Positions 20,815 to 31,939 of a DNA stretch of 64,000 nt are shown here, in pieces. The position numbers and the translations under genes are program-made. Positions within the stretch are counted from its first letter, which is position 1; each line of letters opens with the position of its first letter. This stretch comes from Calditrichia bacterium. Its GTDB lineage: Bacteria; Calditrichota; Calditrichia; JAJRVZ01. The stretch spans positions 1-64,000 of the forward strand of contig CAWCNS010000020.1 of the NCBI GenBank assembly GCA_963796965.1, written 5' to 3'. The notes under the pieces are model-generated. The model saw only the letters and a list, made by a program, of their open reading frames with translations, did not search any database and had not been told where the DNA came from.

Positions 20815-23800
20815 ATGGAAACACTTTTAATGAAGAATTTTCGGATAAGTTTAATATCAGGATTGCTGGTTATAATCCATTCTGTTTTGTACTCACAAAC
20901 CAACAATCAAATATTTGAAAAATTTGTCGGCAAAGCTGCCCAATTGGATCTTGCTCAAATCGAGCTGTTATTAAAATCTAACAGCAAAGAAAAGATATTT
21001 GTCGATTCTAATGGCGATGGCCGGGATGATGTCCTTTATATGATCGATAATGATGAGCGCCATGAAGAGTGGTATAAGCCTATTCTTGTAAAAATTGTTG
21101 ATGAAGACGGCGATATGCATGAAAGCCGCGAGGGCGATTTTGACAGTGATCTGTATGTGGCAGACTGGCATGCCGATGGCGAAATTGACTGCATAGTTGA
21201 TTATAAAGACCTTGATCATGATAATGATCTTGACGAACAGTATTTATTTTACAGTATGGACTCGGCTTATGCTGCACAAACTCACCAAAAGTGGCTGCTT
21301 AAATATGGGGCAAAACCAAAAACCTACAAAACAAAGTATCCCGGTAAAGACTACCTTTTACATTGGACAAAAGATATTTCGGATGATAATAAAGTACAGT
21401 GGTTTGTGAATTATGAGGTAAAACAGGATTTAAACCAATGGAAATCTGACAACAGCGGTGATGAGATGTTTATCAATTCTTTTGTATACGACTATGAGAA
21501 TAACCGCCTGATTCCAAGTGAAGAACACGGATTCTGTTTTTTTGATGAGGATAATGATGGCTATGCCGAAGTCGCAGCGCGTTTTGGTGGTATGGAAAAA
21601 ACCATAGAAAACTTTAGATACAGCATGGATTTGGATAACGATGCCCGTGGCCGCAAGAAACATGATTATGATTTTTCCATAACAGCCATTGGCGAAGTGA
21701 GCCTCGGAAATGAAGTTAGTCAAACCCTTACGGTTAGAGATCATGTTACGGAATTAGTGGCCCGCTGGGATAAAATCCGCCAGTTTGGGAAGGAATCCAA
21801 GTGGGAGAAAACTCACCTAACATGGGATGAAAATGATCTAAATATTGCAGGCTGGGCTGGAATGCGCAGAGGATTATACGCCAAGGAGAGATGGGAAGGT
21901 CTTCTCAATCATCCCAGCGGCTACATGAAACAGGTTGGAGGCCCTTCCTGCGGCCCACTGAATAAGCGAAACGAAGTGGATACCTCATATATCGGCAAGA
22001 TGAATTTTTATTACTCTGATATTGATAAGCGTTTCCATCTCTATGGTGCAGATGTCGGCTGGATAATGGTTGATTACAATAATGACTATCAAATGGATAT
22101 GTTTATTTGGATGCAGGACAGTGATAATGATGGTTTTTTTGATACATGGAAATATGACCTGGACGGTGATTGTTTTGGTGATCCTCTGGTCATTACCAAG
22201 CAGAATTTCAGGAATTTATGGACCTATGCAGACATAGTCGGCGAAGATCATTTTGAACGAGTGTATTCAACAAAAGATGAAATGGAAGAATTAATAAATA
22301 TTGAGTTTAAGTCCCTTCATCTACTTTACACAGAAAGATTAAAAGAGATAGTTAAAGAGAATCAAAAATTTATCAATCTGGCTAAAAATACTCTTAAAAA
22401 ATCTACTTCAGACTTCCAGGTGAATGCTATAGAGAAATATTTTTCAACAGACTTAATTAAGTATGGAGATAATATATATGCTAACCAGTGGGGTGGGGTA
22501 ACGCTGGACATGCATTATGGTGAGAATATACGGGAGGGATTAGAAGGAACCCGTTATTACCAGGATCTGATTCGTGAACAATACTGGGCGGAGCTTCAAA
22601 GAGTAATCTCGCCCAAAAAGGCATTTCCTGAAATTGCAAAAGCGTATGAAGAGGGACGGTTATCGGATGTTAATATCCTGCTCGAGAAGAATTTTAAGGC
22701 AGCAAACACAGCCGAACTACCGGGTTATAAAAAACAATTTACCCTAACAATATCAAATCCAAGTGACCTGTATTTAGAGCATCATCCCTTTGTAATCCCG
22801 GTAGCTGATATAAAAGTAAAATACCCGGATGTTGATCTGTCCAAAATCGTCCTCATGGAAGCAATCCAAAAAATAGATAACCGAATTATACCTATTCAGG
22901 CAGATGATCTAAACCAGGACGGGAACTTGGATGAGCTGGTTTTTATTTATTCATTGCCACAAAACAAAACTGTCGACTTAAATGTTTTTTCCGTTTTTGA
23001 GAAGTTGAAATTACCGCATTACAAAGTTAAAACGGCCGTTCACCAGAACTGGTGGAAAACAGAAGAAAATACGATAGGCTGGGAATCCAATTGGGCTGCT
23101 TATCGCATGTTCAACGGACGTATTGATTTTCTTGGAAAGAAACTCGAAGGTTTATATCTCAAAGAAGAAGACTATCATCATATGCATACTTGGGGAATGG
23201 ATGTGCTTAACTTAGGCAAAAGTTCAGGGCTTGGTGGAATCAGTTTATGGGAAGGGGATTCTCAAATTCGTTCATTTAATTACCCTGATGAGCAAAATGT
23301 AAAAGTTGATAAAAGAGTGATTGCAATTGGTCCTGTGAGATCAACGGTAGAAGTTCGATTTAGTGAAATAAAAACAGATAGTAATAGCTACGAAGTTGTT
23401 CTGAAAATGTCCGCTTATGCAGAAAATAATTTTTCTAAACAATCAATAATTATTAAGGCTGAAAAGGTCAGCGAAATTATTTACAGCCCTGGAATAAGGA
23501 AATTACCAAATGATAAATGGACAATAAATACTAACTCAGGTTTTTTAGCTTCATGGGGATTGGAAGAAAGTCCAATTGGTGAGGTGGGTTTGGGATTGAT
23601 CTTCCCATCCAGTGATTATTTATCCTACTCAGAAAATGAGCATGACCGATATGTAAAGTTGAAAGCAAAATCAGACGTGGAACAGACTCATTATGTATAT
23701 GGGGGCTGGCAAAAAGGGTTTACCTCCCCGACGGCACCTAACCTTCAGAATTGGGCGCATGATATTGAACATCTTGCAAAACAATTAAGAGTGCCTATTG

Positions 23801-23817
23801 AAGTTAAAGTTAATTAA
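20815..23817 (+). CDS. Large exported protein: DxDxDG-rich N-terminal region plus C-terminal DUF4861-like domain
   Basis: Signal peptide; many DxDxDG loops; IGWES..AYRMF..IDFLGK..YHH...WGMDVL..G.S.GLGG typical of DUF4861. Confidence 0.65.
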   Translation: METLLMKNFRISLISGLLVIIHSVLYSQTNNQIFEKFVGKAAQLDLAQIELLLKSNSKEKIFVDSNGDGRDDVLYMIDNDERHEEWYKPILVKIVDEDGDMHESREGDFDSDLYVADWHADGEIDCIVDYKDLDHDNDLDEQYLFYSMDSAYAAQTHQKWLLKYGAKPKTYKTKYPGKDYLLHWTKDISDDNKVQWFVNYEVKQDLNQWKSDNSGDEMFINSFVYDYENNRLIPSEEHGFCFFDEDNDGYAEVAARFGGMEKTIENFRYSMDLDNDARGRKKHDYDFSITAIGEVSLGNEVSQTLTVRDHVTELVARWDKIRQFGKESKWEKTHLTWDENDLNIAGWAGMRRGLYAKERWEGLLNHPSGYMKQVGGPSCGPLNKRNEVDTSYIGKMNFYYSDIDKRFHLYGADVGWIMVDYNNDYQMDMFIWMQDSDNDGFFDTWKYDLDGDCFGDPLVITKQNFRNLWTYADIVGEDHFERVYSTKDEMEELINIEFKSLHLLYTERLKEIVKENQKFINLAKNTLKKSTSDFQVNAIEKYFSTDLIKYGDNIYANQWGGVTLDMHYGENIREGLEGTRYYQDLIREQYWAELQRVISPKKAFPEIAKAYEEGRLSDVNILLEKNFKAANTAELPGYKKQFTLTISNPSDLYLEHHPFVIPVADIKVKYPDVDLSKIVLMEAIQKIDNRIIPIQADDLNQDGNLDELVFIYSLPQNKTVDLNVFSVFEKLKLPHYKVKTAVHQNWWKTEENTIGWESNWAAYRMFNGRIDFLGKKLEGLYLKEEDYHHMHTWGMDVLNLGKSSGLGGISLWEGDSQIRSFNYPDEQNVKVDKRVIAIGPVRSTVEVRFSEIKTDSNSYEVVLKMSAYAENNFSKQSIIIKAEKVSEIIYSPGIRKLPNDKWTINTNSGFLASWGLEESPIGEVGLGLIFPSSDYLSYSENEHDRYVKLKAKSDVEQTHYVYGGWQKGFTSPTAPNLQNWAHDIEHLAKQLRVPIEVKVN

Positions 23818-23929
23818 ATGGTAAGTCCTTTTCTTATTGAGAATAACACCTGATATTTCATGCCCAAATATTTCAGACTGCCTGTAAGTTTTCAAAAACT
23901 TACAATCTTAACCTGATGAACACCGGTCA

Positions 23930-24175
23930 TCATCGCCACCGGTTTGGCGAACAAATGGAATTTGTACAAAGTGTGTTAGTAAATAGCACACCTTCTTCAG
24001 CCAGCTCATTTAAAGTAGGCTTTTTTACGCCTCTCATTCCATAACATTCCAGGTCATTGCTAATATCCTCGGCCATTAGCCAGATGATATTGGGCTTTTC
24101 CTGCGCGCATGAAGTCGTAATGATCAGAAAGAACAAAGTAATCAGAAACTTAAATAATTGATTTTTTGAGAACAT
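23930..24175 (-). pseudogene. Sulfatase N-terminal fragment
   Basis: Signal/lipobox then KPNIIWLMAEDIS...ICSPNR and an abrupt stop. Confidence 0.8.
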
Positions 24176-24350
24176 CAGTCTTGTAAAAATACGGCATCTA
24201 GGTGCCAAATTATTAACCGACTTTTATCTGGCGGTCGGGAGAAACTTCGTGACGGGCTCAAGGACCAAACCGCGAACCTCCTGACACACCAGAAAATGTT
24301 GGTTTTATTGAAAAAGAACAAGTAAAGTTTTATAAAAAATGTTTTTAACT

Positions 24351-24561
24351 TTAAACATACAAGACGCAAAGAAGGCGCAAAGTCCGCAAAGATTATAAAT
24401 ATTTTTTTAACTTGATCTGTTCATAAAACACAAAAGACACAGAGATATATGTTTATTTTTATAAAGCTTATAAATACTCAGTACTCTCTGTGGTAAATTA
24501 TTAAGGTTAAATAATAAAAAGCCTTGCGTGCTTTGTGTCTGCATTGCGTCCTTGCGGTTAA
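24351..24561. repeat. Nested imperfect fold-back built from cgcaaag-type units
   Basis: aagacgcaaagaaggcgcaaagtccgcaaag (24361-24391) vs ccttgcgtgctttgtgtctgcattgcgtccttgcggttaa (24522-24561); inner pair gacacagag / ctctctgtgg. Confidence 0.6.
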
Positions 24562-24675
24562 GTAATCCGTGGTTAATTATACTTTTTGAATTCAGCCCTG
24601 GGCTGCGGTCTGAATAGATCAAGTTAGTTTAGAAGTGATTGTTATCCGTTATTTTATATTTTTCAACATATATCG

Positions 24676-27258
24676 TTATTTAACAAATAACATTTTCTTT
24701 ATCAGGTGTTGATTGTTATCAAACTTAAGTACATAAAAGTACAAACCGCTGGAATATAAAGAGGCGTCCCATTGAACAGTATGAGTTCCTGCAGTTTTTA
24801 TGCCGTTAGGCAGTATTGCTACTTTTTGACCGAGAATATTAAATATTTCTACCTTTACCCAACCTCTATTTGGTAATGAGTAACTAATAGTAGTTGAAGA
24901 ATTAAACGGGTTGGGATAGTTTTGAAACAAAGCTAACTTTTCTGGTACACCGAGTACATCATCATTAATATTTGTTTCCACAGAATCTGGAATATCATAA
25001 ACCAGAAAATTATCCACGGCATCAATCCCAGCTTCACTATTTGCAACTATTGCCGCATAAACATTATCATTAGCATTTATGGATGCATTTGAAATTTTCC
25101 CCGAGAGCGTAAGAACATCCTTCTTGCTTAAAAACAGGGCACCATCTTCATACTCGTCCAATGTGGCCTGATAAGCTATGGAATCATTTTTTGTCTTTTC
25201 CCAGGTGATACTAAGTTTGTACCACAGATCCGGATCCGGAAAAAATGTGTATAAAGTTGAGTCTGCAATTTCATAGTCAACCTTACTTATTTTATTATAA
25301 CAGCTCATTCCCCAGGTTTTCTGGTCTTTAGGGACATTTAAGGAAATGGCAATAAAAGAGGAGTCTGAAGAATCCAGATCTAACTCATCTCCCACAACGG
25401 AAATCAGACCAAAATTCAGGGCATCAACATTCTTGAGATTAATTGATTCTGATTTGATGTAAATAGTTTGGCCAATGGTTTTACTTTCTAAACATGAAAA
25501 TGATTTGCCTAAATAGGCCGAGGTGTAGGGCCTTTTATAAACCGGTTTCAGGACGCCAAAATCTCTGTTAACTCCTTTAAAATCATATAAATAGTAGAAG
25601 CCGCCATTTTCATTGATCCAGTTATCCCCAATCATATACTGAGATTGATTACTAAAATCGAGAAAGGCTTTTTGAGCCGGTGATGTTATTGGGATTTCTT
25701 CTGAAGGGGAACTCCCGTAGTCGTTAAAAGCCGAAACTCTGTAGATGTATTTAGTTGACTGCGCAGATCCAGAATCTATAAAATAAGTACGTTGCGCCCA
25801 ATTTACTTTGCCTACGACAGAATAAGAGCCATTCTCGCTTTTTCGTTCGATGATGAATCCCTTCTCATTATCCGCAAGGTCATTCCAGTCAATTCTTAAA
25901 CCAGTTTCACTCACATATACTGAAACACTATCGGGGGCCAAAGGTGCTGTTTTATCAGTCTGGCTAAAGTCAACTTTTAACAGGTGCATTATCCCCGGCC
26001 ATTGAACTTCCATCCCATGGTGGCCCGCCTCAGATTGTCCGGTAGTAAGAATGTTTTCCTGTTGATTAAAAACATTCATATCACTCAGGTTTATACGATG
26101 GAAATAGTATGCGTGTAAAGGACCTTCATTTTCGAATACATGGTTTTCGTTTATAAAAATGCCCTTCATGTGTCCCGAACTCCAACTTGTCCACACCATT
26201 TGAGCAGCAAGGATTCTGTCCATATCGGAACGAATGAAAAATTTTTCTTTTCTATCCGGTTTTCGAGTTACGAAAGCAGGTGAGATATCGTAAGGCTTTA
26301 AAAGAACAACCGATGTCTCGGTGCGATCCAATTGCAATTCCGAAACGGGATCTGTAAAATATATCATGTCTGATTGGTCAACAATACGAGCGGCAATTTC
26401 CATAGGGTAAATTTGATCTGGCACCCAGGTTGTATTCCAGTTGACTGTATATGGAGCCGAAAACGCTGACCCTAAATGATGTAATACAGTACCGCTTTTA
26501 TAGTGATAATGCCACTGACGGTAAATTCCATCTCCTTCATAATTTACATCTTCATAATTTCCAATAAATTGAACAGTTTTAATATTGGATCCCTTACTGA
26601 TTACTTCAGCCTTTAACTGAACTGATTCTCCGAGATTGCCACCAGATGTTGGGGAAACAATTTCTCCTGTTGGATGCGCTTTTTTATCCGGATCGTAATA
26701 AACTCTAAAATGTACCCCGTAAATAAGATTTTGCGGCCAATCCCACTCTTGAATGGGGTTTACCCTTAATCTGAATTTATTATCAAAACCGTAATTAAGA
26801 TAAGATAGCGGTATAGGGATAACGGGGTAAATATTATGCATATATGAAGCCTGAGGTTTTTTGATATGTTCAGATATGGGTACTGCTATCCAGCCCTTAT
26901 CATTAATATCAATTTCCAGATCTTTTGTGCCTTCATGGCTTTGTAGTTTTTCGACAACTACTTCAACTTTAATTGCATCTACCAGGTCAATATTTGTCCC
27001 GTGAAAAATAAAATGTCCACCATAATCCAAGTCACCACCAACACGCAGGTAACTATTAATTGAGTTGAACCAAATGTATTCACGGAAAACATCACCGGGG
27101 CCGGGTTGAGCATACGATGTGCTAAAACACAGGACAAAAATAAGAGTTACTACTGTTTTCATAGTTATCTGTAAACACATTGGGATATTATTGTTCTCTG
27201 AATGTCGAGAGGTATGGGACTCATCGATTATCCTCTCCATTCTATACTTTGCGTCCAA
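24676..27258 (-). CDS. T9SS-secreted protein: unknown N-terminal domain, Ig-like, FN3, CTD
   Basis: AGGAGG before TTG (alternative ATG 27162); signal peptide; APYTVNWNTT (Ig), YIYRVSAFN (FN3), QNYPNPFN...SGLYFY...KKMLFVK. Confidence 0.75.
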   Translation of the reverse strand: MDAKYRMERIIDESHTSRHSENNNIPMCLQITMKTVVTLIFVLCFSTSYAQPGPGDVFREYIWFNSINSYLRVGGDLDYGGHFIFHGTNIDLVDAIKVEVVVEKLQSHEGTKDLEIDINDKGWIAVPISEHIKKPQASYMHNIYPVIPIPLSYLNYGFDNKFRLRVNPIQEWDWPQNLIYGVHFRVYYDPDKKAHPTGEIVSPTSGGNLGESVQLKAEVISKGSNIKTVQFIGNYEDVNYEGDGIYRQWHYHYKSGTVLHHLGSAFSAPYTVNWNTTWVPDQIYPMEIAARIVDQSDMIYFTDPVSELQLDRTETSVVLLKPYDISPAFVTRKPDRKEKFFIRSDMDRILAAQMVWTSWSSGHMKGIFINENHVFENEGPLHAYYFHRINLSDMNVFNQQENILTTGQSEAGHHGMEVQWPGIMHLLKVDFSQTDKTAPLAPDSVSVYVSETGLRIDWNDLADNEKGFIIERKSENGSYSVVGKVNWAQRTYFIDSGSAQSTKYIYRVSAFNDYGSSPSEEIPITSPAQKAFLDFSNQSQYMIGDNWINENGGFYYLYDFKGVNRDFGVLKPVYKRPYTSAYLGKSFSCLESKTIGQTIYIKSESINLKNVDALNFGLISVVGDELDLDSSDSSFIAISLNVPKDQKTWGMSCYNKISKVDYEIADSTLYTFFPDPDLWYKLSITWEKTKNDSIAYQATLDEYEDGALFLSKKDVLTLSGKISNASINANDNVYAAIVANSEAGIDAVDNFLVYDIPDSVETNINDDVLGVPEKLALFQNYPNPFNSSTTISYSLPNRGWVKVEIFNILGQKVAILPNGIKTAGTHTVQWDASLYSSGLYFYVLKFDNNQHLIKKMLFVK

Positions 27259-27394
27259 GTAATTCCTCCTTGATCCTGAAAATAAACATTTAAGAGATAT
27301 ACAATGTTGATATAACGCACTTTGTTCTCTTGTTAATTAGAGAAGAGGAAATTTTACAACATGAATTCTCCGTAAATCCTATCTTTAAGTCAGA

Positions 27395-28546
27395 TTATTT
27401 TATCTTTCCCAGCATCACTTCAACTTTTGGCGAATGATGTTTATAAGGCTTTACCAGAATATCAAGTAGGTCGTCTCCGTTCAGATCGCCCAAACGTCCT
27501 TCATGGATTCCTTGACCAGTGCGGATAATTTCTTTGCTAAAATTGCCTTTCCCGTCCCCATAAAAAATGATAATATCGGCATTATCGCCATCACCGGGAA
27601 TTCCCATTTCCCCGGTAAAAATGTCCATGTTTCCGTCCTTGTCGATATCCTGTATATCCAAAGTATGACCGTGAATAATAGAATCAAGGACATGGGTCAC
27701 CCATTGTTCATTTTTCCATTCATACCATTTAATGTTGCCATCGGCATCACCGGGGCAGAACACAACCTCGATGGGTCCGCCATTAATCAATTGGCCAACA
27801 GCCGATCGGGTGAAATTCATTTTTTTGTCAATTACATGGGGAATAAATTCTACTCCATCTTTATGCTCAAACCATTTTCCGGCGCCGACAATATCCATTC
27901 TGCCATCCTGGTTGATATCCCCTTTGGCAAGGCCTTCATCATTGCGGACACCATGATAAATCGCTGTATACTCCCACACCTCTGCCTTTTTCGGGTGTGT
28001 AGGTATTTCAAATATATAGAGGGTACTGTCCTTTTGGTTCCACGATACTAACTCCTGTCTTCCGTCAGCATCAAAGTCCCCAAAAATCTGATCATGATGC
28101 TGGTTGTCGCCATGGTTTTTAATAAGATATCTTTTCCAGGTTTGGTCGTAATTGGGATAGGGGTTTTCCCACCACCAGATTTGATTAATCCTGGAGTCGC
28201 CACCGAAAACAATATCAAGATCGCCATCTTCGTCAATGTCCAGATAGGTACCTCCGGCTTCAATGCGCAGTTGTTGGTCATAAATAACTTTTTTGTCCCA
28301 TGATGTTCCGTTGAATATATACCATACCACCGACGGGGAGCTTTTACGTTCAGTGATAACAAAGTCATTAATCCCATCCAAATTGATATCCAGGATGAGT
28401 GAAGCAGTTTGCTGGGTACCGGAATTGGGCGCTTCAATGTCATTAACGATATCCCAATCAGGTTTATAACCATTTGACGGGGTACATGCATTAAATATTA
28501 AATAAAAAATACTGAATGTTACTAACTTGTGTTTTGCTGATTTCAT
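27395..28546 (-). CDS. FG-GAP/VCBS beta-propeller lipoprotein
   Basis: Lipobox FNAC; repeated DxDxDGxxD and WWWENP motifs. Confidence 0.8.
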   Translation of the reverse strand: MKSAKHKLVTFSIFYLIFNACTPSNGYKPDWDIVNDIEAPNSGTQQTASLILDINLDGINDFVITERKSSPSVVWYIFNGTSWDKKVIYDQQLRIEAGGTYLDIDEDGDLDIVFGGDSRINQIWWWENPYPNYDQTWKRYLIKNHGDNQHHDQIFGDFDADGRQELVSWNQKDSTLYIFEIPTHPKKAEVWEYTAIYHGVRNDEGLAKGDINQDGRMDIVGAGKWFEHKDGVEFIPHVIDKKMNFTRSAVGQLINGGPIEVVFCPGDADGNIKWYEWKNEQWVTHVLDSIIHGHTLDIQDIDKDGNMDIFTGEMGIPGDGDNADIIIFYGDGKGNFSKEIIRTGQGIHEGRLGDLNGDDLLDILVKPYKHHSPKVEVMLGKIK

Positions 28547-29044
28547 GACTTTTCTCCTTTAATCTTATTTATTTTGACCGGAATGGATTTGGAGTGACCA
28601 TTTAAATCAGGTGCCGTTAGTTTAACAATATTTTTACCATCTTTTACTTGACCAGCATTGATTTTTGATATTCTAATTGGTTGTTCTGATTTTGTTATAA
28701 TCCTTGAAGAATCTGATCGTACAATTATTTTTCTTGTGGGTGTAATGGCGGGCTGTACCAGCGGAGGCTTATAATTTTTTTTTGAGTATTTCGAAAGAGA
28801 AGGGTTTATTGTCCAGGGAAATCCCTCTTCATAAAACCAATGTGGCACAATATCATTTACTCCTTCACCCTTAAAAAGTGGGGAGGGTAGTTGTTCCAAA
28901 ATGAACCCTATGACTCACTGCCCGTCTTCCTGGTTTCCAAATTAGTTTTACATTTACTTTAATATCTTCTGAATTATTCTCAGGTGTTGGATTCGAAGCC
29001 ACTTCTGGGGGTACTAGTTCATCACCAGTAGTAAAGCTCCAATC
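28543..29044 (-). pseudogene. Chimeric remnant of a secreted repeat protein
   Basis: DWSFTTG...NPTPENNS...LIWKPG..AVSHRVHFGT (same repeat type as 46780-47310), then GKNIVKLTAPDLNG resembling 7008-8193; no start, frameshifted. Confidence 0.55.
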
Positions 29045-30559
29045 TTATTGTAATAATAACATTTTCTTGGTTTTTATATTTTCCCCTGTTCGTAATTTGT
29101 AATAATATACTCCGCTGGGAAGATCACCTGCACTAAATGTAATATTATGCTCACCTGAACTTTTAATCTCATCAACCAACGTGCGTATTTTTTGGCCAAT
29201 TGAATTATAAATAATTAATTCTACCCAATCCGAATGTATTAATCGATATTTGATTGTTGTGTTAGGGTTAAAAGGATTAGGATAATTTTGCATGAGAACA
29301 AATGTTTTTGGTCTTGTATTAGTTTTAGTGAATGAGGGTTCAACTGAAGTTATCTTTCTATACTCCTGATACCTTAACATTGCTTCAATAAAATAATAGT
29401 CCGCATAAATCAGCGGTACATCAACACGAAGTTCTGCAGGCTTGTGAGCAGTAGAATGGAGCAAAATCGCATTTGTAATGTTAGGATCTGCCAGATATTT
29501 ATCTGATGCCAATGATTCTAACATAGCAAATGCTGCATTTTTGAACTTTTCTTTCTCAGCCTCATTATCTGTAAAATTGAGCAGTCCAAATAGAGCTGAT
29601 GCGACGATTGCAGTAGCAGAAGCATCTTTAGGCTCGCTCGAGTTGTAGGGAACATCAAAATCCCAGTAAGTTACACCATCGTCTTGTGGTAAATTGTCAA
29701 TAAAATAATGGGCAAGTCCAATATCTGTGTTTAAAAATCGTTCGTCTTGTGTATAGTGATAACACATAGTAAAACCATAAGTTGACCACGCTTGTCCACG
29801 TGCCCATGTACTCGAATCAGCGGCACCCTGGACTGTTCCGCTCATCAAAAAATTACCTGTACTTAACTGATAACGTGATACTTGAAAAGTGCTATAATCG
29901 TCCCTAATATTATATTTTGCAATTTTTAAAGCATATGCGTTAGCAATTGATGAAAAACTTGTATCACCAGATAACTCAGTTGCTTTATAAAGAATTTCAA
30001 TATTCATTAGCTGGTCAACTGCGCCAGAGATAATGTCTTCATTATTTGCCCATAAAGATTTGTCATAGGAGTCAAAAATTTTGAGATCAGTATTCCAACG
30101 TACATCAATATATTTTTGAGCAGCATCAACAATTATTGGAATATAAGATGAATCATTAGCTATGCTAAAACCATTTCCGTAGCTGGGCATATATATAAGT
30201 CCAAAGTCAGGCCATCTGTCATTTGGATTTGAGTTAATTGCATTTTGCAACCAATTAGTCCAGGTAACTGCATATTTTTTCAACAAAGGATTATTTGTAT
30301 TTTTATACATATACCATAAACATCCCGGGAAAAAACCACTTGTCCACTTGTGGTCAGGGTTGCTTATCCATTTGTTACTTTGTGTGATCTCAACATAGCG
30401 CGGAAAGCGGTTGTTACTTGTTGTATCAACTTCATTAACAGTATTTAGAACTTGCTGCTCGGCAAAAATTAGAGTTGATGCAACGCGCTCATCAAGGATT
30501 TGTGCCTGAAGTGATATTGTAAATATTAATATTATTATTAAAGATTTTATTAAATTCAT
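29045..30559 (-). CDS. GH88 unsaturated glucuronyl hydrolase with T9SS CTD
   Basis: WTSGFFPG, VDQLMN, WARGQAW, YWDF, DASATAI, YADYYFIEA; QNYPNPFNP...SGVYYY..KKMLLLQ. Confidence 0.85.
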   Translation of the reverse strand: MNLIKSLIIILIFTISLQAQILDERVASTLIFAEQQVLNTVNEVDTTSNNRFPRYVEITQSNKWISNPDHKWTSGFFPGCLWYMYKNTNNPLLKKYAVTWTNWLQNAINSNPNDRWPDFGLIYMPSYGNGFSIANDSSYIPIIVDAAQKYIDVRWNTDLKIFDSYDKSLWANNEDIISGAVDQLMNIEILYKATELSGDTSFSSIANAYALKIAKYNIRDDYSTFQVSRYQLSTGNFLMSGTVQGAADSSTWARGQAWSTYGFTMCYHYTQDERFLNTDIGLAHYFIDNLPQDDGVTYWDFDVPYNSSEPKDASATAIVASALFGLLNFTDNEAEKEKFKNAAFAMLESLASDKYLADPNITNAILLHSTAHKPAELRVDVPLIYADYYFIEAMLRYQEYRKITSVEPSFTKTNTRPKTFVLMQNYPNPFNPNTTIKYRLIHSDWVELIIYNSIGQKIRTLVDEIKSSGEHNITFSAGDLPSGVYYYKLRTGENIKTKKMLLLQ

Positions 30560-30593
30560 TATTACTTCATCATTATCCCAGTTTCTATTGAAA

Positions 30594-30800
30594 TTATTTT
30601 TGTCTTCCCAGCATAACTTCCACTTTAGGTGAATTATGTTTGTAGGGCTTAACAAGAATATCTAATGTCCCGTCACTGTTTAGGTCAGCAAGACGTCCTT
30701 CATGAGTTCCTTGTCCGGTTCGGATTATTTCTTTTGTGAAATTGCCTTTGCCATTACCGTAAAAATTATTATATCAGCATTATTACCATCGCTTTGGGAT
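30594..30800 (-). pseudogene. C-terminal remnant of an FG-GAP paralogue of 27395-28546
   Basis: GKGNFTKEIIRTGQGTHEGRLADLNSDGTLDILVKPYKHNSPKVEVMLGRQK* nearly matches the C-terminus of 27395-28546. Confidence 0.8.
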
Positions 30801-30890
30801 AATCCCTTCCCTATTTATACCATTAACGCACTAAGTTACAACAATATTTAATTTGATGCAAGTTATATCGGAAGTCTCAGCAATTCACTT

Positions 30891-31060
30891 TGTGTATCTA
30901 ATCTTATGGTATTTTTAGCCGGCGGTGATGTCGCGCTTTCAGTAATAATAACCTCTACTTCAACTTTACTTTCTCTTGTAATGAACCATTATTGATGCAG
31001 ACATTAGCGGGGCAATTGGTGCCCATTAATTTTCTATCCATGATGTTATCGATAATGAAT
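30891..31060 (+). pseudogene. Internal BASS symporter remnant
   Basis: Diverged copy of 19440-19610 (tctaatcttatggtatttttagccggcgg...); preceded by cattaacgcactaa at 30821, as at 18904. Confidence 0.8.
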
Positions 31061-31095
31061 GTGTATGGATTTTTTTGTTTTTTTAAAAATTTTAA

Positions 31096-31160
31096 TTGAC
31101 TTTTCAGGTAAAAACAAATATACTTATAGCACTAACACACAAAGATAAATAAGTTAACGT
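31096..31160 (+). promoter_or_regulatory. Sigma70 promoter plus operator for gntR
   Basis: TTGACT-17-TATACT (31096-31124), then atagcactaac-16-gttaacgt. Confidence 0.7.
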
Positions 31161-31199
31161 TTTCCTTAAAGAAATTATGAACCTGAATTGGTATTATGA

Positions 31200-31922
31200 A
31201 TGTTGGATTCCGACAAATATTTACCAAAATATTATAAAATAAGCGAAGAAATTAAATCTCTGATTAAGGATGGAACTTTAAAGCCAGAGATGCAAGTGCC
31301 GTCCGAAAATGAAATTATTGCCAAGTATGGTGTGAGCAATACGACTGGCCGGAAGGTTTTGCTGGAACTTGAAAATGAAGGATTGGTTGTCAGGATAAAG
31401 GGAAAGGGGACTTTTGTTCAGCATAAAATTGTTGAGCGTTCGGCTACACGAATACTTGGATTTACAAAAAATATGATTGAGGCAGGTCATCTCCCTTCAA
31501 CAAAAGTTTTAGAAACTGAATTAATTGAGGAAGGATATAAAGATTGTATCAACCACCAAATGTATGAAATGTCCAATCCGGTTATAAGGATTAAACGGCT
31601 CAGATTTGCAGATGACATCCCTATGATGCTGGAAGATCGTTATATCTCCGCAGAACTCTGTCCTGATATCAGTAGCAAAGATCTTGAAGTATCTTTATAT
31701 GAAATATATAATAAAAGTTATGGACATTTTCTAACGGAAGTAAGACAGATGATCAGCACTATAAATATTTGCGATGAAATGAGAAAAGTTTTTGATGTTG
31801 AGCAAAATATAGCTGCCTTTTTGGTTACTGGTGTTACTTTTTGTGATAAAGGCAAAATTCTGGAAATGGAAAAATCAACCTATAGAGGTGATAAGTATAA
31901 TTTCTCCGTTGTAGCGAAATAA
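31200..31922 (+). CDS. GntR-family regulator, HutC/UTRA subfamily
   Basis: PSENEIIAKYGVSNTTGRK..LELENEGLVVRIKGKGTFV HTH; UTRA C-terminus (RLRFADDIPM, YRGDKYNF). Confidence 0.92.
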   Translation: MLDSDKYLPKYYKISEEIKSLIKDGTLKPEMQVPSENEIIAKYGVSNTTGRKVLLELENEGLVVRIKGKGTFVQHKIVERSATRILGFTKNMIEAGHLPSTKVLETELIEEGYKDCINHQMYEMSNPVIRIKRLRFADDIPMMLEDRYISAELCPDISSKDLEVSLYEIYNKSYGHFLTEVRQMISTINICDEMRKVFDVEQNIAAFLVTGVTFCDKGKILEMEKSTYRGDKYNFSVVAK

Positions 31923-31939
31923 TTTTTTTTCAAAATAGA

